Part shown: positions 8,856 through 18,706 of the stretch, one piece after another
Position numbering within the stretch: the first letter of the stretch is position 1
Layout: each line of letters begins with the position of its first letter
Assembly (NCBI GenBank): GCA_964541895.1
Contig: CAZISM010000013.1
Location: 8,348-72,347, forward strand
Length of the DNA: 64,000 bases
Source of the DNA: an uncultured Cytophagia bacterium
Lineage (GTDB): Bacteria; Zhuqueibacterota; Zhuqueibacteria; Residuimicrobiales; Residuimicrobiaceae
Reading direction: 5' to 3'
Program-made: the position numbers and the translations under genes
Notes under the pieces: model-generated
Told to the model about the DNA's origin: nothing
The model's input: the letters and a program-made list of their open reading frames with translations, nothing else
The model's database searches: none

Positions 8856-9575
8856 ATGCCATATAAAATAAAACTTGAAGCCTTTGAAGGGCCGCTGGAT
8901 CTCTTGCTGTTCCTGATCAAAAAGGAAGAGATCGACATATACGATATCCCCATCGCCAAGATCACGGAGCAGTTTCTGGCGTACGTGGAAATCATTCAGC
9001 TGCTGGATCTGGAAGCCGCCAGTGATTTTATTCTCATGGCCGCAACGCTGATGCGCATCAAGGCGCAGTTGCTGCTGCCGAGAATGAGCGAGGGCGAAGA
9101 GGAAGAAGAGTTCGGCGATCCCCGGCAGGAGCTGGTGCAGCGGCTGCTGGAATACAAGCGTTTCAAGGAAGTGGCGGAAGACCTGGCCGTCAAGGAAGAC
9201 GTGGCCGCCAGGCTCTATCCGCGCGGCAGTTTCAAGTTCGAAGAGGGCTGGGATGAGGAGATGTTAACCTCGTCCGAGGTGTCGCTGTTCGATCTCGTGG
9301 CCGCTTTTCGTTCCATGGTGGATCGGGCCCCCAAGATCACGGTGCATCAGGTGCAGTTGATCACCGTCACCCTGGAGGAACGCATCAGCTATGTGGAACG
9401 GGTGGTGTACGAGCGCATCGAAGTACGGTTCCATGAGCTCTTTCTGGACGGCGAAGACAAAATCGTCTGGATCGTAACGTTTATCGCCATCCTGGAACTG
9501 ATACGCAGCAGAACCATCTCCGCCCGGCAGGATGAACCCTTTGCAGAAATTTATTTGACCAAAGCGGATGAATAA
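8856..9575 (+). CDS. scpA: Segregation/condensation protein A (SMC kleisin)
   Basis: FEGPLDLLLFLIKKEEIDIYDIPIAKIT, DPRQELVQRLLEYKRFK, IVTFIAILELI. Confidence 0.95.
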   Translation: MPYKIKLEAFEGPLDLLLFLIKKEEIDIYDIPIAKITEQFLAYVEIIQLLDLEAASDFILMAATLMRIKAQLLLPRMSEGEEEEEFGDPRQELVQRLLEYKRFKEVAEDLAVKEDVAARLYPRGSFKFEEGWDEEMLTSSEVSLFDLVAAFRSMVDRAPKITVHQVQLITVTLEERISYVERVVYERIEVRFHELFLDGEDKIVWIVTFIAILELIRSRTISARQDEPFAEIYLTKADE

Positions 9576-10545
9576 GGAAAAAATGAAATCGGTTGTCGAG
9601 GCCATGATTTTCGCCTCGGATACCCCGTTGACCATTCATCAGATGGTCTCGGTGCTGGAGACTTTTGAAAAGCCCGATATCGAAGAAGCGATCGCACAGA
9701 TCACGCTCGAGCTGGAACCACGCGCCTTCACGCTGAAACGGGTGAGCGGCGGCTATCAGTTCGCCACCAGGCCGGAATACAGCCGCTGGATCAAAAAGAT
9801 GTATCAGGGCAAGGAGCGCAACCGCCTGACCCGCGCCGCCCTGGAGACGCTGGCGATCATCGCCTTCAAACAGCCGATCTCGCGCGTCGAGGTGTCGGCG
9901 ATCCGCGGCGTCAACTCGGATGCGGTGATCAAGGGGCTGCTGGAACGCAAGCTGGTCACCATCACCGGACGCGGTGAGGGCCAGGGCCGGGCGCTGTTGT
10001 TCAACACCACCCCGGAATTTCTGCAGTATTTCAGCTTGAACGATATCACCGATCTGCCCAAACCGAAAGAGATCGAAGAATTGCTGGCGGCCGGCGAAGC
10101 GGCAAAAATCATGAGCGAACTGGAAGAAGCCGGCATGGAGAAAGAAGCCGGTATTCGCGAAGAAGAAGAGCGCCCGGCGCTCAGCGAAGAAGAGTTTCTT
10201 GCCAGTCGCGAACCAGCCAATGAAATTGATATCACCGTGCCGCCGGTTGAACCGGCGAGCACTGAGGCGGAAGCGGTGGAAACCGTTTCCGAAGCGACCG
10301 TAGATGAAATATTGGCGGCGGAGCCGGCGTTGTCTGCTGAACAGCTGGAAGCCGAGATGCCGTCGGATGAGGCGTTTCTGGCCGGCGAATCGTTCGAGCC
10401 CGAACCGCTCGATCCGATCGAATCGCTGCCGATAACAGCAGAAACAGAAACCGATGTAGCGGTGCCTGCTGACAGCGAGTCTTTTTCCGGCGAACCGGGT
10501 GCAGCAGAAGAGGATAAAAAAGAGCCTGATGATCCGCATCAATAG
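9568..10545 (+). CDS. scpB: SMC-Scp complex subunit ScpB with a long acidic C-terminal tail
   Basis: VEAMIFASD, LTRAALETLAIIAFKQPISR, IRGVNS, FLQYFSLNDITDLP. Confidence 0.95.
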   Translation: MNKEKMKSVVEAMIFASDTPLTIHQMVSVLETFEKPDIEEAIAQITLELEPRAFTLKRVSGGYQFATRPEYSRWIKKMYQGKERNRLTRAALETLAIIAFKQPISRVEVSAIRGVNSDAVIKGLLERKLVTITGRGEGQGRALLFNTTPEFLQYFSLNDITDLPKPKEIEELLAAGEAAKIMSELEEAGMEKEAGIREEEERPALSEEEFLASREPANEIDITVPPVEPASTEAEAVETVSEATVDEILAAEPALSAEQLEAEMPSDEAFLAGESFEPEPLDPIESLPITAETETDVAVPADSESFSGEPGAAEEDKKEPDDPHQ

Positions 10546-11245
10546 ATTTCTCGCCTTATGCGGCGTGGCTTCACGCCGGGCGGCGGAGAAGTATATCAGC
10601 GACGGCCGGGTTTCCCTGAACGGCCGGACGGTGACCCAACTCGGGACCCAGGTCGATGAAACCCGCGATGTGGTTATGGTGAACGGCCAAGTCGTGCGGG
10701 TCGAGAGAAAAAAGGTGTATATCATATTAAACAAGCCCAAAGGCTATGTCACCACACTGGCGGATGAGAGAGGACGCAAGACCGTTCTCGATCTGGTCTC
10801 GGTCCAGGAACGGGTGGTCCCGGTGGGCAGGCTGGATTACCAGAGCGAGGGATTGCTGCTGCTCACCAACGACGGCGAACTGGTGCACCGGCTGCTGCAT
10901 CCTCGTTATGGCTTGTTCAAGACCTATTACGCCACGCTCAAGACGACGTTTGATGCGGCCCATTTTGCTCCCCTGACGGCAGGGGTTGAGCTGGAAGAGT
11001 TTACTACCGCGCCCTGTGAGGCGTGGTTTTACGGGGACACGCAGGACCGCATTGCGATTCGTATTCACGAAGGCAAAAAACATCAGATCCGTCGCATGCT
11101 GGCCCATCTGGGGTATGAAGTTAAAAATCTTCGCCGCGTTCATTTCGGCCCGCTTGAGCTGGGCAAGCTGCGCGTCGGCCAATGGCGCTATCTGGAGCCA
11201 GATGAAGTCAAGGCGCTGAAAAAAGCCGCGGGGCGAAAGCCATGA
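10529..11245 (+). CDS. rluB: 23S rRNA pseudouridine synthase (RluB/RsuA family) with S4 domain
   Basis: RINRFLALCGVASRRAAE, LNKPKGY, PVGRLD, EGKKHQIRRM. Confidence 0.9.
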   Translation: MIRINRFLALCGVASRRAAEKYISDGRVSLNGRTVTQLGTQVDETRDVVMVNGQVVRVERKKVYIILNKPKGYVTTLADERGRKTVLDLVSVQERVVPVGRLDYQSEGLLLLTNDGELVHRLLHPRYGLFKTYYATLKTTFDAAHFAPLTAGVELEEFTTAPCEAWFYGDTQDRIAIRIHEGKKHQIRRMLAHLGYEVKNLRRVHFGPLELGKLRVGQWRYLEPDEVKALKKAAGRKP

Positions 11246-11928
11246 CGACCGCACACGGGCGAACGGTGATCATCACCATCGATGGTCCGGCCGGTTCCGG
11301 CAAAAGCACCACGGCGCGACGTGTGGCGGAAGAGCTGGATATACTCTATCTCGATTCCGGCGCCCTGTACCGTGCGGTGACATGGGCCGGACTGGATCGC
11401 CGGATCGACCTGAGCGATGCCGAACAGGTGACCGCCCTGGCAGAACGTTTGTCCATCGAACTGCGAGCGACCGGCTCAGGTCTGCAGGTCGTGGTGGACG
11501 GCCGCGATGTATCGATGGCCATTCGCACGCCGGAGGTGACCGAGGCGATCGCGCCGGTGGCCGGCAACGCCGGCGTCCGACGCGCTCTGCTGCAGACGCA
11601 GCGGAATATGGCGCAACAGGGCAGCCTGGTGGCCGAGGGCCGGGATATGGGCAGCGTGGTGTTCCCCGACGCGGATTTGAAATTTTTTATGGTGGCAAGC
11701 ATCGAAGAGCGTGCACGCCGGCGCCAGGCGGAACTGGCCGCCAAAGACATCCAGATCGAATTGGCGGAACTGATCGCCATGATTAATCATCGCGATCAGA
11801 CCGACTCTGAACGCGAACACGCTCCCCTGCTCAAGCCGGAGGGCGCCATCGAAATCGATACCTCGGCGCTGTCGGTGGCCGAGCAGGTTCAACTGGTAGT
11901 AGCACAAGCGCGGCCGCTGCTGTCATGA
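11242..11928 (+). CDS. cmk: Cytidylate kinase
   Basis: ITIDGPAGSGKST, YLDSGALYR, VAEGRDMGSVVFPDA, RDQTDSER. Confidence 0.96.
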   Translation: MTTAHGRTVIITIDGPAGSGKSTTARRVAEELDILYLDSGALYRAVTWAGLDRRIDLSDAEQVTALAERLSIELRATGSGLQVVVDGRDVSMAIRTPEVTEAIAPVAGNAGVRRALLQTQRNMAQQGSLVAEGRDMGSVVFPDADLKFFMVASIEERARRRQAELAAKDIQIELAELIAMINHRDQTDSEREHAPLLKPEGAIEIDTSALSVAEQVQLVVAQARPLLS

Positions 11929-12794
11929 AGGTCGTGATCGATGCCCAGGCCGGTTTTTGTCCGGGCGTGCAAAAGGCAATAAAAAAAGCGGAAGCGTTGT
12001 TACACAAGGACGAGCGCCTGACAGCGCTCGGCCATCTGATTCATAATCCGCGGGAAGTGCAGAGGCTGGCGAACGCCGGCCTGAACACGCTGCCGCAAGC
12101 GGTGCTGGACGATGCGGCGGCGCTGCCGCAGCTGCGCGGCGAAACGGTTCTGGTGCGCACCCACGGACTCGGTTTGAAAGAGCAAAAGCGTTTACAGGAT
12201 GCCGGCGCTCAGGTGGTGGACGCGACCTGTTCGGTGGTGCGGCGGGTGCAGCAGCAGGTTGCCGACGCCGATGGTGAAGGCCGGCAGATCGTGATAATAG
12301 GCAAACATGGCCACGCCGAAGTCCTTGGCCTGGCCGGCCACGCTGCGGCCGCCGTTGTCGTTCAGGACGATCAGGATCTGGCGCAGGCGGTGCTGCACGA
12401 ACGGGTGGCGGTGTTTTGTCAGACGACGTTCAATCGCGATCGCTTTTTGCACCTCGCCGAAGCGGTGCGGTCGCGGGTTACGGATTGTGTTATACATGAT
12501 ACCACCTGCCGTTTTATCGGCAGGCGATTTGAACAGGTGCAAGCGTTCGCCCGGTCCGTGGATGTGGTGCTGGTGGTGGCGGGACCGGACAGTTCCAACG
12601 CCAGAATACTCTATGAATCCTGCAAGGCGGTCAACGCGCGCAGCTATCGCATCGAAACCGCAGAAGAGGTTGATGCCGCCTGGTTTTGCAGCGACGATCG
12701 CGTCGGCCTGACCGGCGGCGCCTCAACGCCGCTGTGGCAATTGCAGGAGATGCAGAACCATTTGCTGGAGCTCTCGGCCCAGTGGGGCCACTAA
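11925..12794 (+). CDS. ispH: 4-hydroxy-3-methylbut-2-enyl diphosphate reductase
   Basis: GFCPGV, IHNP, RTHG, DATC, GHAEV, QTT, DTTC, SSN, GLTGGASTP. Confidence 0.95.
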   Translation: MKVVIDAQAGFCPGVQKAIKKAEALLHKDERLTALGHLIHNPREVQRLANAGLNTLPQAVLDDAAALPQLRGETVLVRTHGLGLKEQKRLQDAGAQVVDATCSVVRRVQQQVADADGEGRQIVIIGKHGHAEVLGLAGHAAAAVVVQDDQDLAQAVLHERVAVFCQTTFNRDRFLHLAEAVRSRVTDCVIHDTTCRFIGRRFEQVQAFARSVDVVLVVAGPDSSNARILYESCKAVNARSYRIETAEEVDAAWFCSDDRVGLTGGASTPLWQLQEMQNHLLELSAQWGH

Positions 12795-12821
12795 TACATA
12801 AAAAGGAGGTCAAGTAACCGT

Positions 12822-14687
12822 ATGAACGAACAAACCAATCTTAACGCGCCGACCGAAGAGGTGGGTGCTGCCAATGCGCAACAGACAGGAGGTGATGTAC
12901 TGATCCCGGCAGCGGAAGCTGCAAAAGCCACTGTGGTAAAATCCGCCGGCAAAAAGGCCGTCATCCTCGACGACGACGATCAGCTTTACAGCCAGGAAGA
13001 GTTCCAGCAGTTGGCCAACCTGTATGAAGAGACGCTGTCGGATTTCGTTTCCGGCGAAGTGGTGACCGGCAAAGTTCTGGCCATCAATGAAAAAGAGGTT
13101 TCCGTCGACATCGGCTTCAAGTCCGAGGGCGTTATTCCCATCGACGAATTCGCCGACGTCTCCGAAATTCAAGTTGGACAGGACATCCAGGTCTTTATCG
13201 ATGACATCGAAGATCCGGATGGCATGCTGGTGCTGTCCAAGAAAAAAGCTGATTTTATGCGCGTCTGGGACCTGGTCAACCAGTCCTATGATCGTGGTGA
13301 AATCGTCAAAGGCAAATGCATGCGTCGTATCAAGGGCGGCATCGTGGTCGACCTGAACGGCGTCGACGCCTTTTTGCCCGGTTCTCAAATAGATGTACGT
13401 CCGATCCGCGATTTTGACGCCCTCATCGGCCAGATGATGGATTTCAAGATCGTCAAGATCAACAACCTGCGCAAGAACATCGTGGTGTCGCACCGCGCTC
13501 TGGTGGAAGAGGCCATGAAGGGCCAGCGTGAAAAGATCCTCTCCGATCTGCAAAAAGGCCAGGTGCTGGAAGGCTCGGTCAAGAACATTACCGATTTCGG
13601 CGTGTTCATCGATCTGGGCGGCGTCGACGGTCTGCTGCACATCAACGATCTCTCCTGGGGCCGCGTCGCTCATCCGTCCGAAGTGGTGGCTCTGGATGAA
13701 AAGATCAAAGTCATCGTTCTCGACTACAATGAAGACAAGGACCGCATATCCCTGGGCCTCAAACAGCTGCAACCGCACCCGTGGGAAGACGTGGAGAACA
13801 AATACCCCGTCGGCTCTGTGATTCGCGGCAAAGTGGTGAGCATTTCCGATTACGGTGCGTTCGTGGAACTGGAACGCGGCGTCGAAGGCTTGATCCACAT
13901 TTCTGAAATGTCCTGGACCCAGCACATCAAACATCCGTCCAAGATTCTGGCCGTGGGCGAAATGGTGGATGCCAAAGTGCTCAACATCAACAAGGAAGAG
14001 CGCAAGATTTCGCTGGGCCTCAAACAGCTGGAACCGGATCCGTGGGAGACCCTGGCCGAACGTTATCCGGTCGGTTCCCGTCACAACGGCAAAGTGCGCA
14101 ACCTCACCAATTTCGGCGCCTTTGTGGAACTGGAAGAGGGCATCGACGGCCTGATTCACATTTCCGACCTGTCCTGGACGAAAAAGATCCGTCACCCGGG
14201 CGAAGTGGTGAAAAAAGGCGATGACATTGAAGTGATCGTGCTCAATGTGGACAAGGACAATCGCCGCATTTCCCTCGGATACAAACAGACCCAGGATAAT
14301 CCCTGGGACACGCTGGAGCACAAGTACAAACCCAACACGACGACTGAAGGCAAAGTCATTCGTCTGATCGAAAAGGGTCTGATCGTGGAATTGCCGGAAA
14401 GCGTGGACGGTTTTGTGCCCATGTCCCAGCTGGTCAAGGACAATCTGACCAAGCCGGCGGACGGCTATCAGATCGACGACATGCTGCAGTTGACCGTGAT
14501 CGAGTTCAACAAGGACAGCAAAAAGATCGTTCTTTCCGAAAAGGGCTATACCAAGCTGGAAGAGAAGGATCTGAAGGCGGTGGAAGAGATCTCGGCCCTG
14601 GAAGCTGAAATGACGTTCAGTGAACGTCCCAAAAAACAGCCGAAAAAGGACGAGGACAACACGCCGACGCCTGAAGTGCTGAAATAA
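12822..14687 (+). CDS. rpsA: 30S ribosomal protein S1
   Basis: Six S1 repeats (DIGFKSEG, AFLPGSQID, VKNITDFGVFIDLGGVDGLLH, YGAFVELERGVEGLIHISEMSW); AGGAGG RBS. Confidence 0.98.
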   Translation: MNEQTNLNAPTEEVGAANAQQTGGDVLIPAAEAAKATVVKSAGKKAVILDDDDQLYSQEEFQQLANLYEETLSDFVSGEVVTGKVLAINEKEVSVDIGFKSEGVIPIDEFADVSEIQVGQDIQVFIDDIEDPDGMLVLSKKKADFMRVWDLVNQSYDRGEIVKGKCMRRIKGGIVVDLNGVDAFLPGSQIDVRPIRDFDALIGQMMDFKIVKINNLRKNIVVSHRALVEEAMKGQREKILSDLQKGQVLEGSVKNITDFGVFIDLGGVDGLLHINDLSWGRVAHPSEVVALDEKIKVIVLDYNEDKDRISLGLKQLQPHPWEDVENKYPVGSVIRGKVVSISDYGAFVELERGVEGLIHISEMSWTQHIKHPSKILAVGEMVDAKVLNINKEERKISLGLKQLEPDPWETLAERYPVGSRHNGKVRNLTNFGAFVELEEGIDGLIHISDLSWTKKIRHPGEVVKKGDDIEVIVLNVDKDNRRISLGYKQTQDNPWDTLEHKYKPNTTTEGKVIRLIEKGLIVELPESVDGFVPMSQLVKDNLTKPADGYQIDDMLQLTVIEFNKDSKKIVLSEKGYTKLEEKDLKAVEEISALEAEMTFSERPKKQPKKDEDNTPTPEVLK

Positions 14688-14704
14688 GTAACCGTATCCT
14701 ATAC

Positions 14705-14737
14705 AAAAAAAAGCCCCCGCATCGGGGGTTTTTTTTT
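14705..14737 (+). terminator. Intrinsic terminator after rpsA (bidirectional shape)
   Basis: A8-GCCCCCG-CAT-CGGGGGT-T8. Confidence 0.85.
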
Positions 14738-14844
14738 GGCACGCACCTAAAAACGGCGGGCACGCTCTTCGGCAGCGCCTGCCCTGACAGGGGGGGCCTG
14801 CCCTTCTCGGCAGCCATGGCAGGGTCCCCTGCCTGCCAGGATAT

Positions 14845-14872
14845 AAAAAAAGCCCCGCGTGGCGGGGCTTTT
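14845..14872 (-). terminator. Intrinsic terminator after the DEAD-box helicase (bidirectional shape)
   Basis: A6-GCCCCGC-GTG-GCGGGGC-T5. Confidence 0.85.
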
Positions 14873-14895
14873 TCTTTTGTTGGGCTTTGATGCCG

Positions 14896-16122
14896 TTATC
14901 TTCGTGAACGAATGCTTCGCAGCGACGGCCGCCAGGAACCGGAGGTCATGCCGCCCTTGCGCGCCGGACGACCTTTGTCGCTCCCGGCTGCGGCCGATGC
15001 CCGTTCATAGACAAATTCAGGCAGGGCCTCGCGGACAATGCGCTCGCCCATGATTTTTTCCAGACGCTCCACCAGCTTTTCGTCGTCCGCGGTGATCAGC
15101 GTGAAGGCATCGCCGTTGCGTTCGGCGCGGCCGGTGCGGCCGATGCGATGAATGTAGGCATCGGCGGTGTCCGGCATGTCGTAATTGATGACATGGGAAA
15201 TGTTTTCGATGTCAAGGCCGCGTGCGGCAATGTCCGTAGCGACCATAATCGGGAACTTGCCCGTCTTGAATCCTTTCAGCGCCGATTGACGCTGCACCTG
15301 GCTGCGATCACTGTGCATCACCGCCACCTTGAATCCGGCGCGCTCGATCTGCTGCGCCAGGCGGCGGGCGCGCATCTTGGTGCGCGTAAAAATCAGTACG
15401 GAATCCAGTCCGGTACGGCGAAGCAGTTGAACCAGCAAAGCGGTTTTTTGATGCTGCGCAACCGGGAACAGGGCGTGCTGGACCGTTTGCGCCGGTCGGG
15501 TGAGGCCGACGCTGATGCGTTCCGGATCCTTTAAGGTTTGGGCAGCCAGCGACTCTACTTCTTGCGGAAACGTGGCTGAGAAGAGCAGCGTCTGCCGCTG
15601 TTTCGGCACGTGGGATAGTATCCGACGCACGGAAGGCATAAAGCCCATATCCAGCATGCGATCCGCTTCATCCAGCACCAACCAGCGCAAGCTGGAGAGG
15701 TCGGCGTGACGCTGCTCGATGTGATCCAGCAGCCGGCCGGGGCAAGCCACCAGAATGTCTGTGTTTTTGCGCAGCGCCTGAATCTGCGGATTGGGGTTGA
15801 CACCGCCATAAATGGTAGCGCTTTTAATGCGTGTGCCTTTGCTGAGGCGGCCGATCGTCTCATGAATCTGCTCGGCCAGCTCGCGGGTCGGCGTCAGAAT
15901 CAACGCCGTGGTTCGTTTTTCCGGTTGCTGCAAAATCTGCTGCAGGATCGGCAACACAAAGGCCGCGGTTTTACCCGTGCCGGTCTGCGCCGTTCCGATG
16001 ACATCCCGTCCTGCCAGGACAACCGGAATGGCGGCGGATTGCACGGCTGTCGGTTTGACGTAACCGGCTTGGGCGATTCCGGACATAATACGGTTGTCCA
16101 AATTGAATTGGTTAAAACTCAT
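14896..16122 (-). CDS. rhlE: DEAD-box RNA helicase (RhlE-like)
   Basis: Q motif PTAVQ, AQTGTGKT, PTRELA, LDEADRMLDMGF, SAT, ARGLDI, HRIGRTGRA. Confidence 0.92.
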   Translation of the reverse strand: MSFNQFNLDNRIMSGIAQAGYVKPTAVQSAAIPVVLAGRDVIGTAQTGTGKTAAFVLPILQQILQQPEKRTTALILTPTRELAEQIHETIGRLSKGTRIKSATIYGGVNPNPQIQALRKNTDILVACPGRLLDHIEQRHADLSSLRWLVLDEADRMLDMGFMPSVRRILSHVPKQRQTLLFSATFPQEVESLAAQTLKDPERISVGLTRPAQTVQHALFPVAQHQKTALLVQLLRRTGLDSVLIFTRTKMRARRLAQQIERAGFKVAVMHSDRSQVQRQSALKGFKTGKFPIMVATDIAARGLDIENISHVINYDMPDTADAYIHRIGRTGRAERNGDAFTLITADDEKLVERLEKIMGERIVREALPEFVYERASAAAGSDKGRPARKGGMTSGSWRPSLRSIRSRR

Positions 16123-16363
16123 GGTTCATCCCTTCTGGAATAGTATTCTGCGGATGTCTCGAGAGGTAAGACGGATATCATCGATTAAGGATATCGAGGG
16201 GATCACGACCTGAAGTGAGGCAACAGGCTGGCTTACATCTAACTACTTCAATAACAATATATTATTAGCTGTGTTAATGAAACGACATCTCACTGTATAA
16301 TATAACATACAAATAATAATTTGTATTTCCTAATGTTATTATTATTTTTTTGCCCGGGTGTCC

Positions 16364-17074
16364 CTAACTGCGACTGCGGCGATGGAGGAGCACCATCGTG
16401 GCCACGATGCAGAGGATGCCCAGCAGGAAGAGCGGCCAGTTGAACCATTGCGGGATATAGCTCAGTGAGAGGTTGATCAGCGTTGTTTTATGCAGAGCGA
16501 ACAGGCCGGTGAGGCCATGCTCCTGGACCAGCAGGAGCGAAAAATCCCAGATAAAGGCGGCAAAAATCAGCACAGCGCCGGCAAGGAGCAACGCCCATTC
16601 CTGCCCGGTAACGGCAAAGGGCTCCTCTCTCTCCAGGCGCTGCAGCAGCAGACCCGCCAGCAGGATCATGAGCAGCGAGCAAAGCAGCGGCGCCCAGACC
16701 GGTCCTGTCCAGATGACCGGAATGAGGAACAGGATATCCCAGGTTGACAGGGAGGCCGGCCAGTCCAGGAACAGCTTCAGCCCGGCATAATAAAAGATAT
16801 CCCAAACAGCAAAGCTGTATATAAAATAACTGAACACCTGCAGAGCCCTTTTGCCGGCCAGCAGGGCGATGCTGAGCAGCATGACCAGGGTACAGATTTC
16901 CCGAACCCACTCGGCGGCGGCGATGAGGTGGTCGATGGCGGCCAGGGGGAAATCAAAGCCGGCCGGGTAGTAGATATGGCGCAGGTAGACCACCACCACG
17001 GCTTCCAGCACGCCCATGGCGATGCCGAACGCAAAAAGGACGAGCAGATTTCTTTTCCAGGGCGAGCGCTTCAT
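16364..17074 (-). CDS. Conserved hypothetical integral membrane protein (about 6 TM)
   Basis: Hydrophobic helices with polar motifs EAVVVVYLR, REICTLVML, WDIFYY, WDILFLIP..W.GPV.AP. Confidence 0.75.
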   Translation of the reverse strand: MKRSPWKRNLLVLFAFGIAMGVLEAVVVVYLRHIYYPAGFDFPLAAIDHLIAAAEWVREICTLVMLLSIALLAGKRALQVFSYFIYSFAVWDIFYYAGLKLFLDWPASLSTWDILFLIPVIWTGPVWAPLLCSLLMILLAGLLLQRLEREEPFAVTGQEWALLLAGAVLIFAAFIWDFSLLLVQEHGLTGLFALHKTTLINLSLSYIPQWFNWPLFLLGILCIVATMVLLHRRSRS

Positions 17075-17204
17075 ACCGCAATTTCGGCATATTCGGCCAC
17101 TTTCGCAATGCTTTTTTCAGCGCACGGGCGCGGAAAAAATCTTGGTATTTTCTTTAATTTTTTATACCTTTGATCTCAGGTGTAGAGTTAACGAGGATAT
17201 CGCT

Positions 17205-17549
17205 ATGTGGATTCTCAGATGGTTTTTTGCCGCCGGATTCATCATTCTCGGCATCGGTTTCGCCATGCAGAACGCGGATCAATTGGTAACGATCTCTTTG
17301 CTGCACTGGAAGAGTCAGAACACGCCGTTGTGGGTGGTGATGTACCTCTCCTTCGCTCTGGGGGTGATCTTTTGGATGATCGCCTCCCTGTTCAAGGCTG
17401 TTACGCTTCGCACAGAGAATCAGCGGATCATCAAGGAGACCAAAAAGTTGAGAGAAGAGCTGGATCGTTTGCGTAACATTTCTGTGGAAGAAGCGATGGC
17501 CTTTCTCGACAGCCATGCCAAAAGCCAATCCGTGAGCCGAAAGGAGTAG
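17205..17549 (+). CDS. lapA: LapA-family lipopolysaccharide assembly protein
   Basis: ATG at 17205 after GAGGA; FAMQNADQLVTISLL...PLWVVMYLSFALG; coiled-coil tail; lies directly upstream of lapB. Confidence 0.8.
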   Translation: MWILRWFFAAGFIILGIGFAMQNADQLVTISLLHWKSQNTPLWVVMYLSFALGVIFWMIASLFKAVTLRTENQRIIKETKKLREELDRLRNISVEEAMAFLDSHAKSQSVSRKE

Positions 17550-17552
17550 CCC

Positions 17553-18704
17553 ATGAGTGAAATGCTGACCGTGGTCATCATCGGCTTGGCGGCCCTGCTG
17601 ATTTTTTATCTCATGATCGTTCGTTCCCGCCGTCTCAAACCGGCGGCACCCAATCCGGCGCAGGCGGAATATTTTTCCGGATTGAGCTATTTGATTTCCG
17701 GCTTTAAGGAAAAAGCGCTGGAAAAATTCCGCAACACCATTCGTTTCGACACCGAATACATCGACGCCTATGTAAAGATCGGCGATATCCTGCGCGACAT
17801 GAGCGCCGCCGACCGCGCCGTTAAAATTCACCGCGATCTTCTCGTCCGCGCCAATCTGACGGTCGAACAGCAGATCTCGATTCACCAGTCGCTGATGCAG
17901 GACTATCGCTACCTGAAACAGTGGCATCCGGCTCTCGAGACCTGCAACACCATCATCCAGCTGGATAAAAGCAACACCTGGGCGCTGGATGCCCAAACCA
18001 AAATTTATGAAGAGATGGGCGACTGGCAGAACGCCATCGACAGTCTCAAGCATCTCGATCATGTGTCCAAGGAGGACAAGAAGAAGCGCACCGCCTTTTA
18101 TCGTCTGGAGCAGGGGCTGGCCCTGGTGCAGGAGGGCAAAGAGCACGACGGCCGGGTCCGCTTTCGCGATGCGATTCGCGAGTATCCGGATTTCCTGCCC
18201 CCCTATCTGGGGCTGGTCGACAGTTACATGCGGGACGACCGTGCCAAAGCCGCGTTGACGATTCTGAAAAAAATCATCAACCAGAAAGTGGCTTTCCCGG
18301 AAATGGTGTTCATTCGCCTCAAACATGTGCTGTTCGAACTCGGGCTCTACAGCGAGATGGAATCGCTCTATTCCGATGTGCTCAAGGAGCAGCCGCAGCT
18401 GGCGGAAGCGATGTTGGGGCTGGCCGAGATCTATGAAAAGAAGGGGCAAACCCGCGAAGCGGCGGATGCCTGCCGGCGGGTCCTGGTCAACGATCCCAGT
18501 CGGATCGATGCCAAATTGATGCTGCTGCGTCTCTACCTGAAAATGCGCGATACCGCCAAGGCCAACGATATGCTGGCGCAGATCGACACGCAGGTTATGA
18601 CCAAACAGGTCGTCTTTCGCTGCTCGGTTTGCGGGCAGCGGACCGACAGCTATTTTCACCGTTGTCCCAATTGTCAGGCGTGGGATTCAGCCAAACGGAG
18701 CTGA
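17553..18704 (+). CDS. lapB: LapB/YciM-like TPR protein with C-terminal rubredoxin knuckle
   Basis: N-terminal TM, TPR helices, AVKIHRDLL, C-terminal FRCSVCG...CPNCQAWDS. Confidence 0.88.
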   Translation: MSEMLTVVIIGLAALLIFYLMIVRSRRLKPAAPNPAQAEYFSGLSYLISGFKEKALEKFRNTIRFDTEYIDAYVKIGDILRDMSAADRAVKIHRDLLVRANLTVEQQISIHQSLMQDYRYLKQWHPALETCNTIIQLDKSNTWALDAQTKIYEEMGDWQNAIDSLKHLDHVSKEDKKKRTAFYRLEQGLALVQEGKEHDGRVRFRDAIREYPDFLPPYLGLVDSYMRDDRAKAALTILKKIINQKVAFPEMVFIRLKHVLFELGLYSEMESLYSDVLKEQPQLAEAMLGLAEIYEKKGQTREAADACRRVLVNDPSRIDAKLMLLRLYLKMRDTAKANDMLAQIDTQVMTKQVVFRCSVCGQRTDSYFHRCPNCQAWDSAKRS

Positions 18705-18706
18705 GC

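Noticed and set aside
14738-14844. 5S rRNA, SRP RNA or tRNA in the rpsA-helicase gap
   Set aside because: No SRP helix-8 motif, T-loop or 5S signature on either strand; kept only as an unexplained structured island.
16123-16363. Riboswitch or thermosensor leader ahead of the DEAD-box helicase (and similarly 59078-59388 for the cold-shock gene)
   Set aside because: The leaders are long, but no recognisable aptamer or stable conserved structure could be seen by eye.
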